From Novakomyces olei (taxonomy: Eukaryota), in the NCBI GenBank assembly GCA_016906335.1, contig JADEYG010000002.1, positions 1 through 64,000 on the forward strand: a DNA stretch of 64,000 bases, given 5' to 3'. Of the stretch, positions 37,958 to 49,629 are shown one piece after another. The stretch's first letter is position 1, and every line of letters starts with the position of its first letter. The notes beneath the pieces are model-generated. The model did not search any database and was not told the DNA's origin. It saw only the letters and a list, made by a program, of their open reading frames with translations. Position numbers and translations under genes: made by a program.

Positions 37958-40010
37958 TCAACTCAACATATATTACTCCCACTTTGAGATAATTACGGGC
38001 AACTATAAACTAAACTAAGCGGCGGAGAAGCGGATGCTTCTTCGCATACTAAACTTCTCTTCCCAAGCTAACTTATGAGAAGGTCGCACAAGTTAGAGCG
38101 GGAAGCTTTCGACCTAAACTAGTCTATGGAATAATTATGGATTGTTCTCGCGCTAGCGGAGTGCGAAGGGTCGCACTCGCTAGCGTGCGAGAATGAGAAC
38201 GGGAAGCGAGGTCCGTGCACATTGTGCATGGAGCCTCTCTCTCCCGTGGGCCAAGCTGGCTTAGTGCGCATACCTACATGCGCACTAAGTCAATTTCTAC
38301 TTACTAAGACCATTGCGTTACGCGCCGACTGGTCTTGGGCCGCGTTGGCGAAGCTTGCGACGCGCGGACAACCCAAGTCCGACTACAGGCGTCGTCCCTC
38401 GCTTCCCAACGCGGCTGTCTGGGATTCTCAAAGGCGAAAATCATGACACTATGGCACAATCAAATGTCACCCCCGATGAGGAACAATAAATTATTTCGGG
38501 AGTGATTCCTGTTCTCAAATCTTTGCATGAATATAGTGAATGGAAGACAAAAATAGTTAACAGATTGGAACTTCATGGGTTTCCCTCATTATTGGAATCC
38601 GAACAAGAATCTAGTTTTCTTAAAACTGCAATACTAATTATCACTACCAAAATAATTGGGGCAATAAGCGGAGGCTTGCTTGGTCCCCGCAATGACGGAA
38701 TCAAATCTCTTAAAGAATTATTCAAAACTCTTGATTCGGAATTTGAAAAAAATAAAAATTAAGTGATCGAAGCGGTAACACCCAAATTCATGGCTCCTCA
38801 AAAATTGTGGGGAGGAGACTCTGAACGGTTTATTGCCGAATACAGAACTATTGTGGTCAATCTTGTACGACTCTGATTCTCGGAGCTTACTTACTTTACC
38901 TATTGTGGTATACTATCTGCGCTACAAATAGAAATTGCGGGGAACGTACGTCATAATGTTAGTTCCAAAATAAGTGAGAAATTGCACGTTTTCGATTTGT
39001 TGGATTTGGTGGGGAACGAATTAGGCTTTTATGGCAATGAGCACCAATTCTACAACGATTTAAATGCGAATCATATTCAAACATACAACAATCAATCAAA
39101 AAAATACGGAGAGTAGACCAAAAAGGAGTGTGACATCGGAATCCCCACACTCAAGTGTGATTTTTGTGAACGGATGGGACACAAGTCTGATTACTGTTTC
39201 AAAATTCCAAGGGCAAAGGAACCAAATAATGTTCTCATTGTGAAATATATGGTCATACTGTGAAAGAATGCCGTAAGAGAAACAAAAACAATAATAAATT
39301 AAACAAAGCACGTACAGTGTACAATGTATCAAATGATACAAGTGAGCCTATCTTGTGACTAGATGACTGCACAATATCAGAAAGGGTTAGGATTAGTTAG
39401 GGTTACAAACTTGTATCAATTTTAAATTTGAACAAAAAATACATATGATGACAAATATCTCCAAATGAATATAAATTATGATTCATTTAATTCTTCAGGG
39501 TTAGGGTTAGGGTCTGCGCTCCAAGCGCTACTTTAAGCACCTTCCCTCAATACTACTAACTAAACTAACTAAACTAAACTACGAAGTTGCTTACTCAAGT
39601 ACTCTCAGCACCTAAGTTTGACTACAGGCGTCGTCCCTCGCTTCCCAACGTGGTTGTCGGGGACTTGCAAAGGCGAGGATCATGACAAGAAAACCGGAGA
39701 TATTAACTGAATAAAGAAAATTGAAGTTTCCAGAAATTTCAAAAAAACAATTGTTAGCACATCATTATTTCAAATACACATCCTTTCTGTGTTATAGCGA
39801 ACAGCACCTGTAGAAACAGAATAGGCTCCGCCGAAGGTTCTCCAAACTTCGACGCCCTTTCAGTTTCTTACATATACACCGTAGCAAAATGGAGTGGCTG
39901 TAGGAGCTAACAGAACTCTCGTTTCTAATGCTCTCGCTTTGTTATTAGATCGGCAAGTACCTATAAAATCTTGAAGATGCGATTCTAACAAGCTGCTATC
40001 TCAAGAACAG

Positions 40011-41020
40011 TGTTATGGTTGTAGAGGGCGAAAGCCTAAAGGAGAACCCAATTGCCGGATTTCACGCCGGCTCCTACTGGACTCGCCCAATTGAAAGCTT
40101 ATAACAGCTTTAAAGATGTTATTACTACTCCTAAGAAAGGCCATAGGTCGTTCGGACTGCCTCATTTCGAGTCTCTATACATGTCAAATGACATGTTCAG
40201 CGAGTTCCATGCTGAAAATAGTCGCTTTGGAAAGCCACTGTCTCGAAATTCTGTCGTCTCAGCGTACGTTGCCACAAAACAGAGGATTTGTGAAAGCCTC
40301 ACGGCTTCAAAAAAGTCAAGTTTTGGTGTGAGAAGAGAGTTTAGAATAACATACGATAAAATACTAGACTTCAGCTTAGACGACTACTCTGTATTGGAGA
40401 CATTGGAATCAGAATCTGCAGTTCCATGTCCCTCCAGCTATTATTCGTGATCGTATGAGCGGTGTTGCGGTAGTTCCAATTGTTCTTGCTCGCCAAATAC
40501 ATCTTTAAATTCCTGATTATCTTCTGGTATCTTGGTTGCAGTTGAGGCAACTTCTGTAATGTCCAATTCCAGAACGTCCTCGTTTTTGGCAGATGTAATT
40601 ATGTTTTCATCGTCTGTTGAATCACTTACTTTGTTATGGTTGTTGAAGGCGAAAGCCTAAAGGAGAACCCAATTGCCGGATTTCACGCCGGCTCTGGGAC
40701 TATGATGAAATTAAGAGATAGAACTGGGTTTTAATAGATTGGGTCTCCCCAAAGTTCGATTACACGTAGCGAGAAAAGTAGAAGCAGGACCTCTATTTAT
40801 ATCCTCGCTACGTAGAATATTTTAGAAACACTAACTACTTAAACGATTAAACAAACTAACAAGTAAAAGCAGTCAGAACAATAATAGTCAATAAATAATA
40901 AATAATAAATAATAAATAAATATTAAATAAAGGCAACAAACAAATAATAATATAGCGCTTCAATAGCGTTGGTGCTATCGAAGACGCAATAACAATATAT
41001 AAATAAATTAAATCGTAACA
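40011..41020 (-). mobile_element. Heavily deleted J-family element: LTR 40632-41020, pol fragment, oppositely oriented ORF fragment, 64-bp LTR end 40011-40074
   Basis: AACAG TSD at 40006-40010 and 41021-41025; minus-strand EFKDVF..LPQHRSYDHE pre-RT motif. Confidence 0.75.
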
Positions 41021-42264
41021 AACAGGATACCTTCGAGATTTTCGCAGTACATTAAAAATTAAACAAGGATAGAAAAACTATGTCCTAAGCTATGGGAAAC
41101 CGCGTTTTTTTATAATCTCTTGTATTGGATCTATAATCTATTGTCCGAAAGTCCGAAATGGCGTGATAATTTATGTGTTAGCCTTGGTCATTACTTTTCT
41201 GGCAGTCAATACGGTTAGCTTGAGATCACGAACAGAGCAAATCGCAAGTGGCAAAAAAGTAGGGAAGAATAATAACACAACAGTTATAATTACTAGTTGG
41301 CTAAACGTAAGGAAAGTCGATACCAAAAGGCCTAACTTAGACTTGCGAAGCGAGTATCGAGAAATAAGAACGTAGGCTTGCGCCTGGCGCTAAAACTAAA
41401 GAAAACGAAAGGACTTTAACCTGCTTCGCGCGAGCCAGGCTACTTATAGGCATTGCGCAAGTAATGTCCAACATTACAATCCTGACTAAACCTGAGAGGG
41501 ATTTCCTGCTGTTTGATTGTCCCGCCCATTCAAAAAACTAGGGTTAGGGTTGGGTGTAGATTACTCCTTATTGTAGTATTTGTAATGTATTGCGTTGACA
41601 ACTGTTCCTTTAAGATAACGCAGTACGCGTTTTGCAGCGACCATATGCCTGATCAAAAGGCTTCGTCGAGCGCTTGCTCTGGGTTTGTTGGAGTCAATGA
41701 TTCACTGTCTTCGCTGATATGCGCGCTAGACGGCTTGCAATTTAAAATCATTTTTCTAGCATTAGCTTAATGTAGTGCTCTTTGTAAGGCAGAAAAAAAG
41801 AAAAAGCAAAACGTATGCAATAGAAAAACAAGTTAGAAAATTAAAAAAAACAAATTAGAAATAATTGGAAAAACAAATCAGATTATCCCGCGGGAAGCTG
41901 GGCTCACCACGGCGCTATTTATAAGCCACGGACGAAGGGGTTAGGTGCAGCACGCTAGCAAAAAAGCTGCGCAGGATGCGAAAAGAAGTAAACAAATAAA
42001 TAGCGCAAAATTGATAAACGCGCTAGCTATTTTTACTAGCGACATTTCGACGAAATGCCAGTTTTTTTTTTTTGTATAATAATTGCATTGTCTTAAAATC
42101 GATAAAACCCTATCACTGATATATCAACAAAATGTCACAAGGCACCAGTAAATTGCCCATATACTTAACTGCAAAGAGTTCACATAAAAAAGTAGCGACA
42201 TTTCGACCAAATAGAATAGACCGATTTTTTATCATTTTTATGAAAGTGACGACCGACAGGTCTT

Positions 42265-42606
42265 CTATAAATGTAGGGTTACGTTCTGATTCAAAATTGA
42301 TAAAACCACACACGTCGCTGTGCAATAAGTCAAATGACTCCGCTCGCTGTCGCGCGCGACGTCTTTCGCGGCGACCCTGAAGTTCCTCGCGCTACCGGAC
42401 ACGCTGTTCCTCACGCGCGGCAACAAACGCTCGTTCTCCTCATTGTTGTGGAGGAAACGGCCTCCCTCGCAACGCGTACGACGTGCCGCGCACGTCATAC
42501 AACGACGAACAAACAGAAAGTTACAAAGAATAAAGCGACACGGAATAAAGTTGGCCGCACAATGATCGCACGGCACAATAGCGTCTCTTACATGCAAATA
42601 GGACAT
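42265..42606 (-). CDS. Small Zn(II)2Cys6-like protein, antisense in the 3' UTR of a gypsy relic
   Basis: CDHC-x6-C-x12-CMTC-x6-C spacing; lies just upstream of PPT 42764-42779 and LTR 42780. Confidence 0.55.
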   Translation of the reverse strand: MSYLHVRDAIVPCDHCAANFIPCRFILCNFLFVRRCMTCAARRTRCEGGRFLHNNEENERLLPRVRNSVSGSARNFRVAAKDVARDSERSHLTYCTATCVVLSILNQNVTLHL

Positions 42607-42763
42607 GTTAAGAAGAATTTGGAACGAAGAGCAAAAACTTTTTTCTTTTGTTTTGCATCCGCAAATTACTTTAGATTACTTAGATAGTTTTATTGCCGAA
42701 AGCGCACTTATATAGAAGTCTAGTAGCTTAACCTGGTTTTCATAGACGTGGGGACCTCGCCCT

Positions 42764-44045
42764 AGAAAGGGGGGAATAGTGCCATAATCCCCGCCTCGCG
42801 CGACCACGACAGCGAACGACGCCTAAAGTTCTGTACCGCCATGAGGGATGACTTCAGGCTAGATAGCTTTGAATAGCTCGCGCAAAGCAAATCCACGTCC
42901 ATGCCCGCGCGACGTAGACATGTCGCGACGCATGAGAGAAGTAGTAGCGATCGCGCATCGCTAGGAGGCTAGATAGATCGATCCATAAAGTACATAGCTC
43001 GCCACCGCTTTCCCAATGCGGATGGGAGAAGCAAATGAACTTAAACGCAACTAAACTCGTAACTGTAAAACTTCAGTAATGTCATGATCCCCGCTTCGCG
43101 TGAACCACGACAGCGAACGACGCCGGAAGTCCTGTAGCGCCAAAGGCGATGACTTCAGGCTAGATAGATCTAAATAGCTCGCGCGAGGTAATGTTGGACA
43201 TTACTCGCGCGAAGCGCGTAAGTGGCCTAGCTCGCGAGCAGGTTGGACCTGGCTCGCGCGAAGCAGGTCCACGTCCATGCCCGCGCGACGTAGGCACGTC
43301 GCGGCGCATGACAGTAGTAGTAGCGATCGCGCATCGCTACGAAGCTAGATAGATCGATCCATAGAAATCATAGCTCGCCACCGCTTTCCCAATGCGGATG
43401 GTCTGGGACCATTGCATTGAGATCGTAGTGGGATGAGGCTTAGGCCGCGAAGTGGCTAAGCGAGCCGCTAAGCCTCATAGGATTGTCTACATAGTTGCCC
43501 ATGGAGAGAACTCTCTCCACGGGCTTATAATCTCAAAGTTGCTACATAGCCTTGTAGCAGGCAAGCTTTAGAGAAGCGCCGTCGCCTTTTCAAGGACAAC
43601 GTCCTTTTCCTTTTCCTTAGTTCTTGCGCCGGGCGCAAGTCTACGTTCCCGTTTCTCGGTACTCGCTTCGCGCGGTACCCGATTGAACTTCCTTTGTCGA
43701 GCGGTCTCGCAAAGGACAGTCCGTGTTCGCCTCTAGCGACACGCGAGTTTACACCGCGGTGCTCCCCTCTAAGGGCCACCTTACAAGTAACTTCAAACTT
43801 CAATAACCGTCAAGTCTCAATAGGCGGTGTTGAAGGGCCTATTTATAGACATGACTACTAACTAAACTAACAAGTACTATAGAACACTATGGAACTTTTT
43901 ACGAACCGTGAGCTCGAGTTAAAGGAAATACCGCAACTGAACTCTATTAGCGTTGGAAAACGCTAATTAATGTCATGCCTATGACAATGGGCTTATAATC
44001 TCAAAGTGCTACATAGCCTTGTAGCAGGCAAGCTTTAGAGAAGCA
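42764..44045 (+). mobile_element. PPT and family-N 3' LTR interrupted by an LTR relic (43027-43986) and a solo N LTR (43080-43785)
   Basis: AGAAAGGGGGGAATAG then TGCCATAATCC; inner LTR TGTCATGATCC..CCTTACA with AGTAA TSD; ATGGG duplication around the middle insert. Confidence 0.8.
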
Positions 44046-44519
44046 ATGTCATGTTGGCCTACTTCCCGTATTTGGAAAAGTTCCCGTGTTATGTTTGCAA
44101 TTGTGCAGGTGTGACAAGGTTTAATATCATTAATTTTAACTATTTGTATTTTACCTGTGATTAGGTCTAGCTGGTACAGTTTGTTTGTATGGCCTAGACT
44201 TTCATGTCATAGGTTTCCCTTTTCGGTATTGTTTTTAGTGACGGAATTTGAAACAATTTTCGTCTGATGGATTGGCTCGGCAATGAAGTAAAATATTTTT
44301 CTTGAGCCGCATTATTGGTGTTGCGTTGCTCATTAGTATTTAGTTAGACTTGGCTATTGTCATGGAATTGTTCCTGCCATAGATTTGTGCCATATTTTGG
44401 GGCAGATATAACGTTTGATAAGATCTAGGTTGATCCCAAGTTATCCCTTATTTTTAGAATTATTGTGCCAATTTCTGACACGGGTGAAAAGTTGTATTTC
44501 CCGGTAATGGTAGTGTTAA

Positions 44520-46749
44520 GTCAGGATTACTCACTGTTGTAAGTTTGTAAATTAAATTAGCGAAAATAAAGATAGAAAAAACCATGTGTCTGAGAAAATT
44601 TTGTTTTCCAGGAACTTCACATCACGTGACGTCGTATCACGTTTTGTTTTAGGGTTGTAGAGTTTGAAAATCTTTCGAGAATTTGATTGGCTGAGATATA
44701 TCATGGGAATAACCCTTGAGTTCAGTTTTCCCTTTTCAAGAGGATTTTTCATCAGCGCAGCACACCCAAAAGGTTTCTCATTTTGAACAAAATTAGGTTT
44801 ATCGAATCATAATTCATAGGGTGTCTTGTCCAATCCGGTAACAGGTTGCTGATTACGCAGATGAATTGCGTGCTCAAAGGCATCTTCCCAGAAATCATTG
44901 GTTAACTTTGAATCCAATAATAGACATCGCGCGATTTCTTGAATCGTACGATTCATTCTTTCAGCAACCCCATTTTGCTCAGGATTATAAGGGGCTGTCG
45001 TTTCGTGCCGTATTCCATTTTTGGTTAGAAATCCCACCAGTGTAGAGTTAGCGAACTCCCGTCCGTTATCCGATCGTAAAACTTTAATTTGTTCTCCCTT
45101 TTGCGTAAGAATGTATTGGATGATATTAATTATCCCTTGAGTAGCTTCCCCTTTTGCTTTCATGAAGTAGCCTAGACAGAACTTAGTGGCATTGTCTGTA
45201 ACCATTAAAATCCATCGATTTCCTTTTCGGGAAGGCTCCAGTGGTCCCATCACGTCAGCGTGAATAAAATCACCTGGATTTGACGATGTCCCCTCCAATT
45301 TCTCAAAGGGCTGCCTTGTAATTTTTGCGGCTGTGCAGATTTCACAATCCATAATTTTCTTAAATTCATCCTCGCTTATTGGTCCAATCTCTTTTCTCTT
45401 AATCATTTCCTTAAGTTTCGTAGCCGATGCGTGCCCCTGGCTTCTGTGTATGAGCATTCCATTTTCTGTGGACTCAGCCATCAATACGCTTTGATTTTTC
45501 ACTTCCACCTCAATGTAAAACTCTCCATTAGAATTTCGTTCAATTTTTGTAATGAAATTCCCGTTTTTCTTAATGCACAATTTGTTCAGATCAACATTTA
45601 GACCCTTGTCCAATAGTAGTCCAATGGACAGCAAATTGCACGGTGCGTTCTCGAAATAGCACACATCCTTAATCATTGCTTGTTTGGAGCCAATTTTTAG
45701 GCTGATATCACCTTCTTTTGTAATTTGGATGCTTTCCCCATTTGCAATCTTCAATATTCTTTTGGTGTCCTTAACATTTTTTATCCAATCAATGTTATTC
45801 GTGATGTGAACACTCGCACCGGAGTCTAACACAAATAAATTTTTATTGGACGTAATCTTATTATTATCTGGAACATATTTCTCAACTTCTTTTGCCATTA
45901 GAATAATCTCGTCGGAGCTACGTTGCTTGGGTCTATCGTGGAGCGCCCAGCAGTCCTTTTTCATATGCCCCAATTTGTTACAATGGAAGCATTTGATCGG
46001 TCCTTTCTTTTTTTCCTTTTTGACATAGTTAACAATTTTTGTTTCGCCAATTTCATCTTCGCTCAGTAGTGTACTTGCGCGATCAATAATTTTAATTCGA
46101 ATGTCCTGAAGTCCAAGTCCTGGGACTCCCACCAAGGCCTTAATGCCCTGATATTCTTGAGGCAACCCGTTGACGTAGTTCAACATTTTTCTGCCTCCGA
46201 CTCCAACTCATCAATTTTATTGAGATATTCGTAGACGTCCTTAAACTGATCTAATTTAATCAACCCAAGACGCTTAACAATCTCCCTAAGATGATTCTTC
46301 GTATTCCGTCCATAGAGATTTTCGAGTAGATTCAGCACTTCAATTCCATATTCGTGGTTCCTGAAGGTGAATACCAGCTCGGGAGAGATACTGGACGCAA
46401 TCATAGATAGCAGCTGATTCTGCTTCTTTTTGTACTCAGCCTGCGATTTCTGGCTGGTGTTTTCAAGTGCCGTTTCAATTGACCCATCGTCCAATTCTCT
46501 GGTGCGACGATGGATGTCCAGAACACTTTTCCAAGTCCTGAAGTTGTACGGCGTAAGCTTAGGCAATTTCAATGTGCTTTCCATGTTTGCAACTGTCGTA
46601 GAACTGTGAAAACCCAGGCTCATAACCTGTTAGCTTATATTGAATCTCTCAATTAATTAAGTACTACCTAGCATCTATTTATACTATCAGTACCAAACAG
46701 TTACTTATAAATGAGCGATTATTTTATTTATTTTGATTTCACTTCAACA
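44520..46749 (-). mobile_element. Copia element P, 3'-truncated: LTR 46628-46749, PBS, gag-protease-integrase
   Basis: GGTTATGAGCC PBS; CFHCNKLGHMKKDC, LDSGAS, IHADVMGP, LRSDNGREF, QNGVAERMNR; frameshift at ~46186. Confidence 0.9.
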
Positions 46750-47168
46750 TTATATATAGAATGATGTTCTAAATAAAAAATAATAAAATTGTTTTTTTTT
46801 TCAGTAAATTATTGTTATATGAGGTCTTTATCTTTGACGTGCGCCTACCCGAGTTGGTTAAATGGGAGGCCAATACGTTACGGGGTGCCCCTATGGAAGA
46901 ATTGGTCGCTTACCGCGCGGAGTTGAGAAGTTCCATCACTCGGATGGACAACTACTTGCGCGACAGGAAAACCTTAAAATATTTATCGCTCGACGAATAC
47001 GAAGACTTGTAGCCAATCGAGGACGATATTTTGGAGTCTTTCTCAACGACCATGTGATCGACAATGTGATCGACAATGTGATCGAAAAAAACAGCGCATT
47101 TTATGGACACAAAAGTTCGTGTTTATGACAATTTGGTGCGCATATACTAAATACGAAGTACAGGATGG

Positions 47169-48256
47169 ACAGGATGGAAGTTGCTACTCACTTGGAATAA
47201 CGATCTCGAAGAGCTGAGAGCACTGGAAGAGTATCTCCGAAAGCAAAGCCTGGGGACTTTGTTTTGACGAATGCGCTGAAGGCTCTGAAAGGCCTCAGAA
47301 CTGGCAAGGTCAAGCCAGGAAGAGTTTTTGTGTTACCAGGAGTAACACCACATGCTGTCATAACTTTGACAGATGCCGCCATTATGGGTTCTACATTGGT
47401 GGAAACTCCAAAAGTCATGAGAAGGCTTACCATCTGGGAAGCTAATTGGGCAAAGCGTTCTGGCCTAGGCAAGGGCCAAGGAGGCCGCATTGGCCAAGGA
47501 GGCAAGGGCCAAGGAGGCCGCATTGGCGGAGACGGCAAGGGCCAAGGAGGCCGCATTGGCGGAGGTCGCAAGGGCCAAGGAGGCAAGGGCCAAGGAGGTC
47601 GCAAGGGCCAAGGAGGCAAGGGCCAAGGAGGCCAAATTGGCGGCCGCAAATAAGGAGGCCGCATTGGCGGAGGAGGCGGCAGAGAGGGAGATCGCAAAGT
47701 CTAAGCAGATCGCCATCGCCAAAGAGGCCGCCATCGCCAAAGAGGCCGCAAGAGCCGAGTCTGCTGCAATGTCGGCGGCCGTGAGGGCCTTGGATGCCTC
47801 GAGGGCAACGGAGGCCGCCATCGCCAAAGAGGCCGCCATCGCCAAAGAGGAGGCCATGGCGAAGGAGGCCGCCATCGCGGAGAAGGTTGAAAGGGCTAAA
47901 GAGGCGGCTAAAGCAAAGGAGGCTACGGCCGCTAAGGAGACTGCAAAAGCCTGGAACGAGTTTCCGAGTTTGGAAAGGCCATGGAGCTTGCGAAGGGCAA
48001 GGGGGTCGAAAAGGCGAATATCGATGCTGCGAAGGCAGCTTTGAGGCTGCCATGGCTTAGCAGGCAGCTATGGCGAAGGATGCAGCCAATAGCGTTCGAG
48101 GCAGCTTTGGAGAAGATGGCAGCGAAGGCCAGAGAAAAGAATGCAAATAAATTAAGAATTAAGATTAACGAGGGCAAAATGGTGGCTGAAAAGGCCAGGT
48201 ATGTGGCTGTAAGAGCAAAGATTGATGCCGCGGATCTAAAAGGAGAGAACTTTTGA
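47169..48256 (+). pseudogene. Frameshifted JmjC-family homologue fused to an (AKEA)n coiled-coil tail
   Basis: GWKLLLTW / PGDFVLTNALKALKGL..PGVTPHAVITL..RRLTIWEA aligns by eye with the J ORF3 segment GKKLVFTW / HGDLFLPLAIRSLCGL..PGTLHAVMTL..KRLAMWDA. Confidence 0.65.
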
Positions 48257-49629
48257 GGCCGCGAAGGCCAGGATGGCTGGGTGTTCTTTCTGGGATCCAA
48301 AAAATGAGCCTGTGACCTATTTTTAGGCAGAGTACATGATCCTGGACTTTAATTGTTTGCCTCCGCCCAATCACCCGATGTAAGTCTCTTTGCGTTATTT
48401 TTTTATGATATTTTTGCTAACTTTACAGTGAACCTTCTTCAAAGACATGAGCCGAAACAAGTCTATTTCCAGCACCTGCGTTTCTTCACACGCAAAATAA
48501 TCAAGTCGGAGGCAGAATATGTATTCCTCGACTTATGAGCGTATGCCTCCGCCTAAACATCCTACTTGAATTTGTAATGAATCGCAAAGTCTCGTTCGCA
48601 AATTTCTGCTATGGAACTTTTAAGGGTTCTTTGAATAGCAGTTTATAAAATTTTTTTATAGATCTTTTTATACTGATTTCTATAGTTACGAGCGGAAGCT
48701 GTATATTCCGCACGAAGTAAGACTCGGTTCAACTGGGCAATCAAGCTACCGCGTGACTTATCTTCAACAGTCACGCAACCGGGTTCCCAGATAAAAGTGA
48801 CTCCGGAACAGGAATTTTTATTCGACCTTAATTCCCGTAAAAAATGTATAGATTTGGGTGTATCTCCCAACCTTTTCACATGCAGGCTCAAAGGTGTTGC
48901 TATTTACTACTGGGTTTGCCATTGTGTTGGCTATGCTTTCTTTGTCCTCGCTTATCGGCGTGTTAGATATTTTGCAGTAATTACGAAAAATTTGTGACCG
49001 TAATTACGAAAAATTTGTGACCGAAATATCGCTTACATTTGGATTTTCCACAATATACCCGTAGATGCGTACTTCCCAAAATATGGCTCAGGGTTAAGAT
49101 AGTACTAAAGCTCGTAGGCCTAATGGCCCCGGTTGCATCTCTGTACCGATCTGCCCAGCTTCAATAAAATAAAATATAAGGACTGGGAACTTCTCAATGA
49201 GCATAATGCTGTACGCTATACTCTAGAAGCGAAGGCCGCAGGACAAAGTCATTAAAAGCCTTCCTTCTCCGTACTTATCTATTTCATATATTGTTAAATA
49301 TGTAATGCATTAAATTACAGAAACTGAGTAATTCATTGTGTTTAATTATATTTGAGATCTACAAACACAACACAGCCGCCCAAGCCGGACATTGTTTAAG
49401 TTTCTCTAACTCTGACGAGCCCTAACCTAATTATTCAATGAACTGTCCGACACAGCAGTAACAGCATGAAGTTTCTCCGGCTCTATACTAATAATCGTCT
49501 TTTTCCTCAGCACACTGCATTGCAGGCTCCTAACCGTAAAAAGATATCGTGATATTCCCTGACCGTGTCTCCTCTTCCGTCAACGCAATGTTGTAAGCCG
49601 CGAGCGAATTTTCCAGTTGAAGAAAAAAA

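Larger units (their letters stand above)
17258..37968 (-). mobile_element. Copia element E (degenerate): LTRs 37698-37968 and 17258-17375 + ~34917-34945; gag/protease/RT relics 34946-37660
   Basis: Matching LTR sequence, TATAT TSD, WDTGAD protease, IAVYVDD RT, YKSLVGTLRHI. Confidence 0.8.
17127..38448 (-). mobile_element. Solo LTR of family D split (17127-17257 and 37969-38448) by ~20.7 kb of later insertions
   Basis: The two halves rebuild the LTR seen intact at 52045-52676; CTATG TSD at 17122-17126 and 38449-38453. Confidence 0.85.
16502..39760 (+). mobile_element. Degenerate copia element B' (outermost host of the nest): 5' LTR 16502-17032, PBS, gag relic 38451-~39300
   Basis: TGTTGAG..TCAACA LTR followed by GGCTATGAGCC; leader resumes after CTATG TSD into gag-like IPVLKSLHEYSEWK and CDFCERMGHKSDYC knuckle; 39688-39760 matches the element-B linker; right end uncertain. 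Confidence 0.7.

Noticed and set aside
37750-37992. YI/YM/HI repeat ORFs
   Set aside because: Translations of the TA-rich microsatellite
47188-48060. Pro-rich, Gly-rich and Arg-rich overlapping ORFs
   Set aside because: Alternative frames of the GC-rich repeat; the AKEA helix frame is the plausible one
48977-49023. 23-bp direct repeat, and 12-bp x3 repeat at ~47052-47085
   Set aside because: Simple slippage duplications with no further structure
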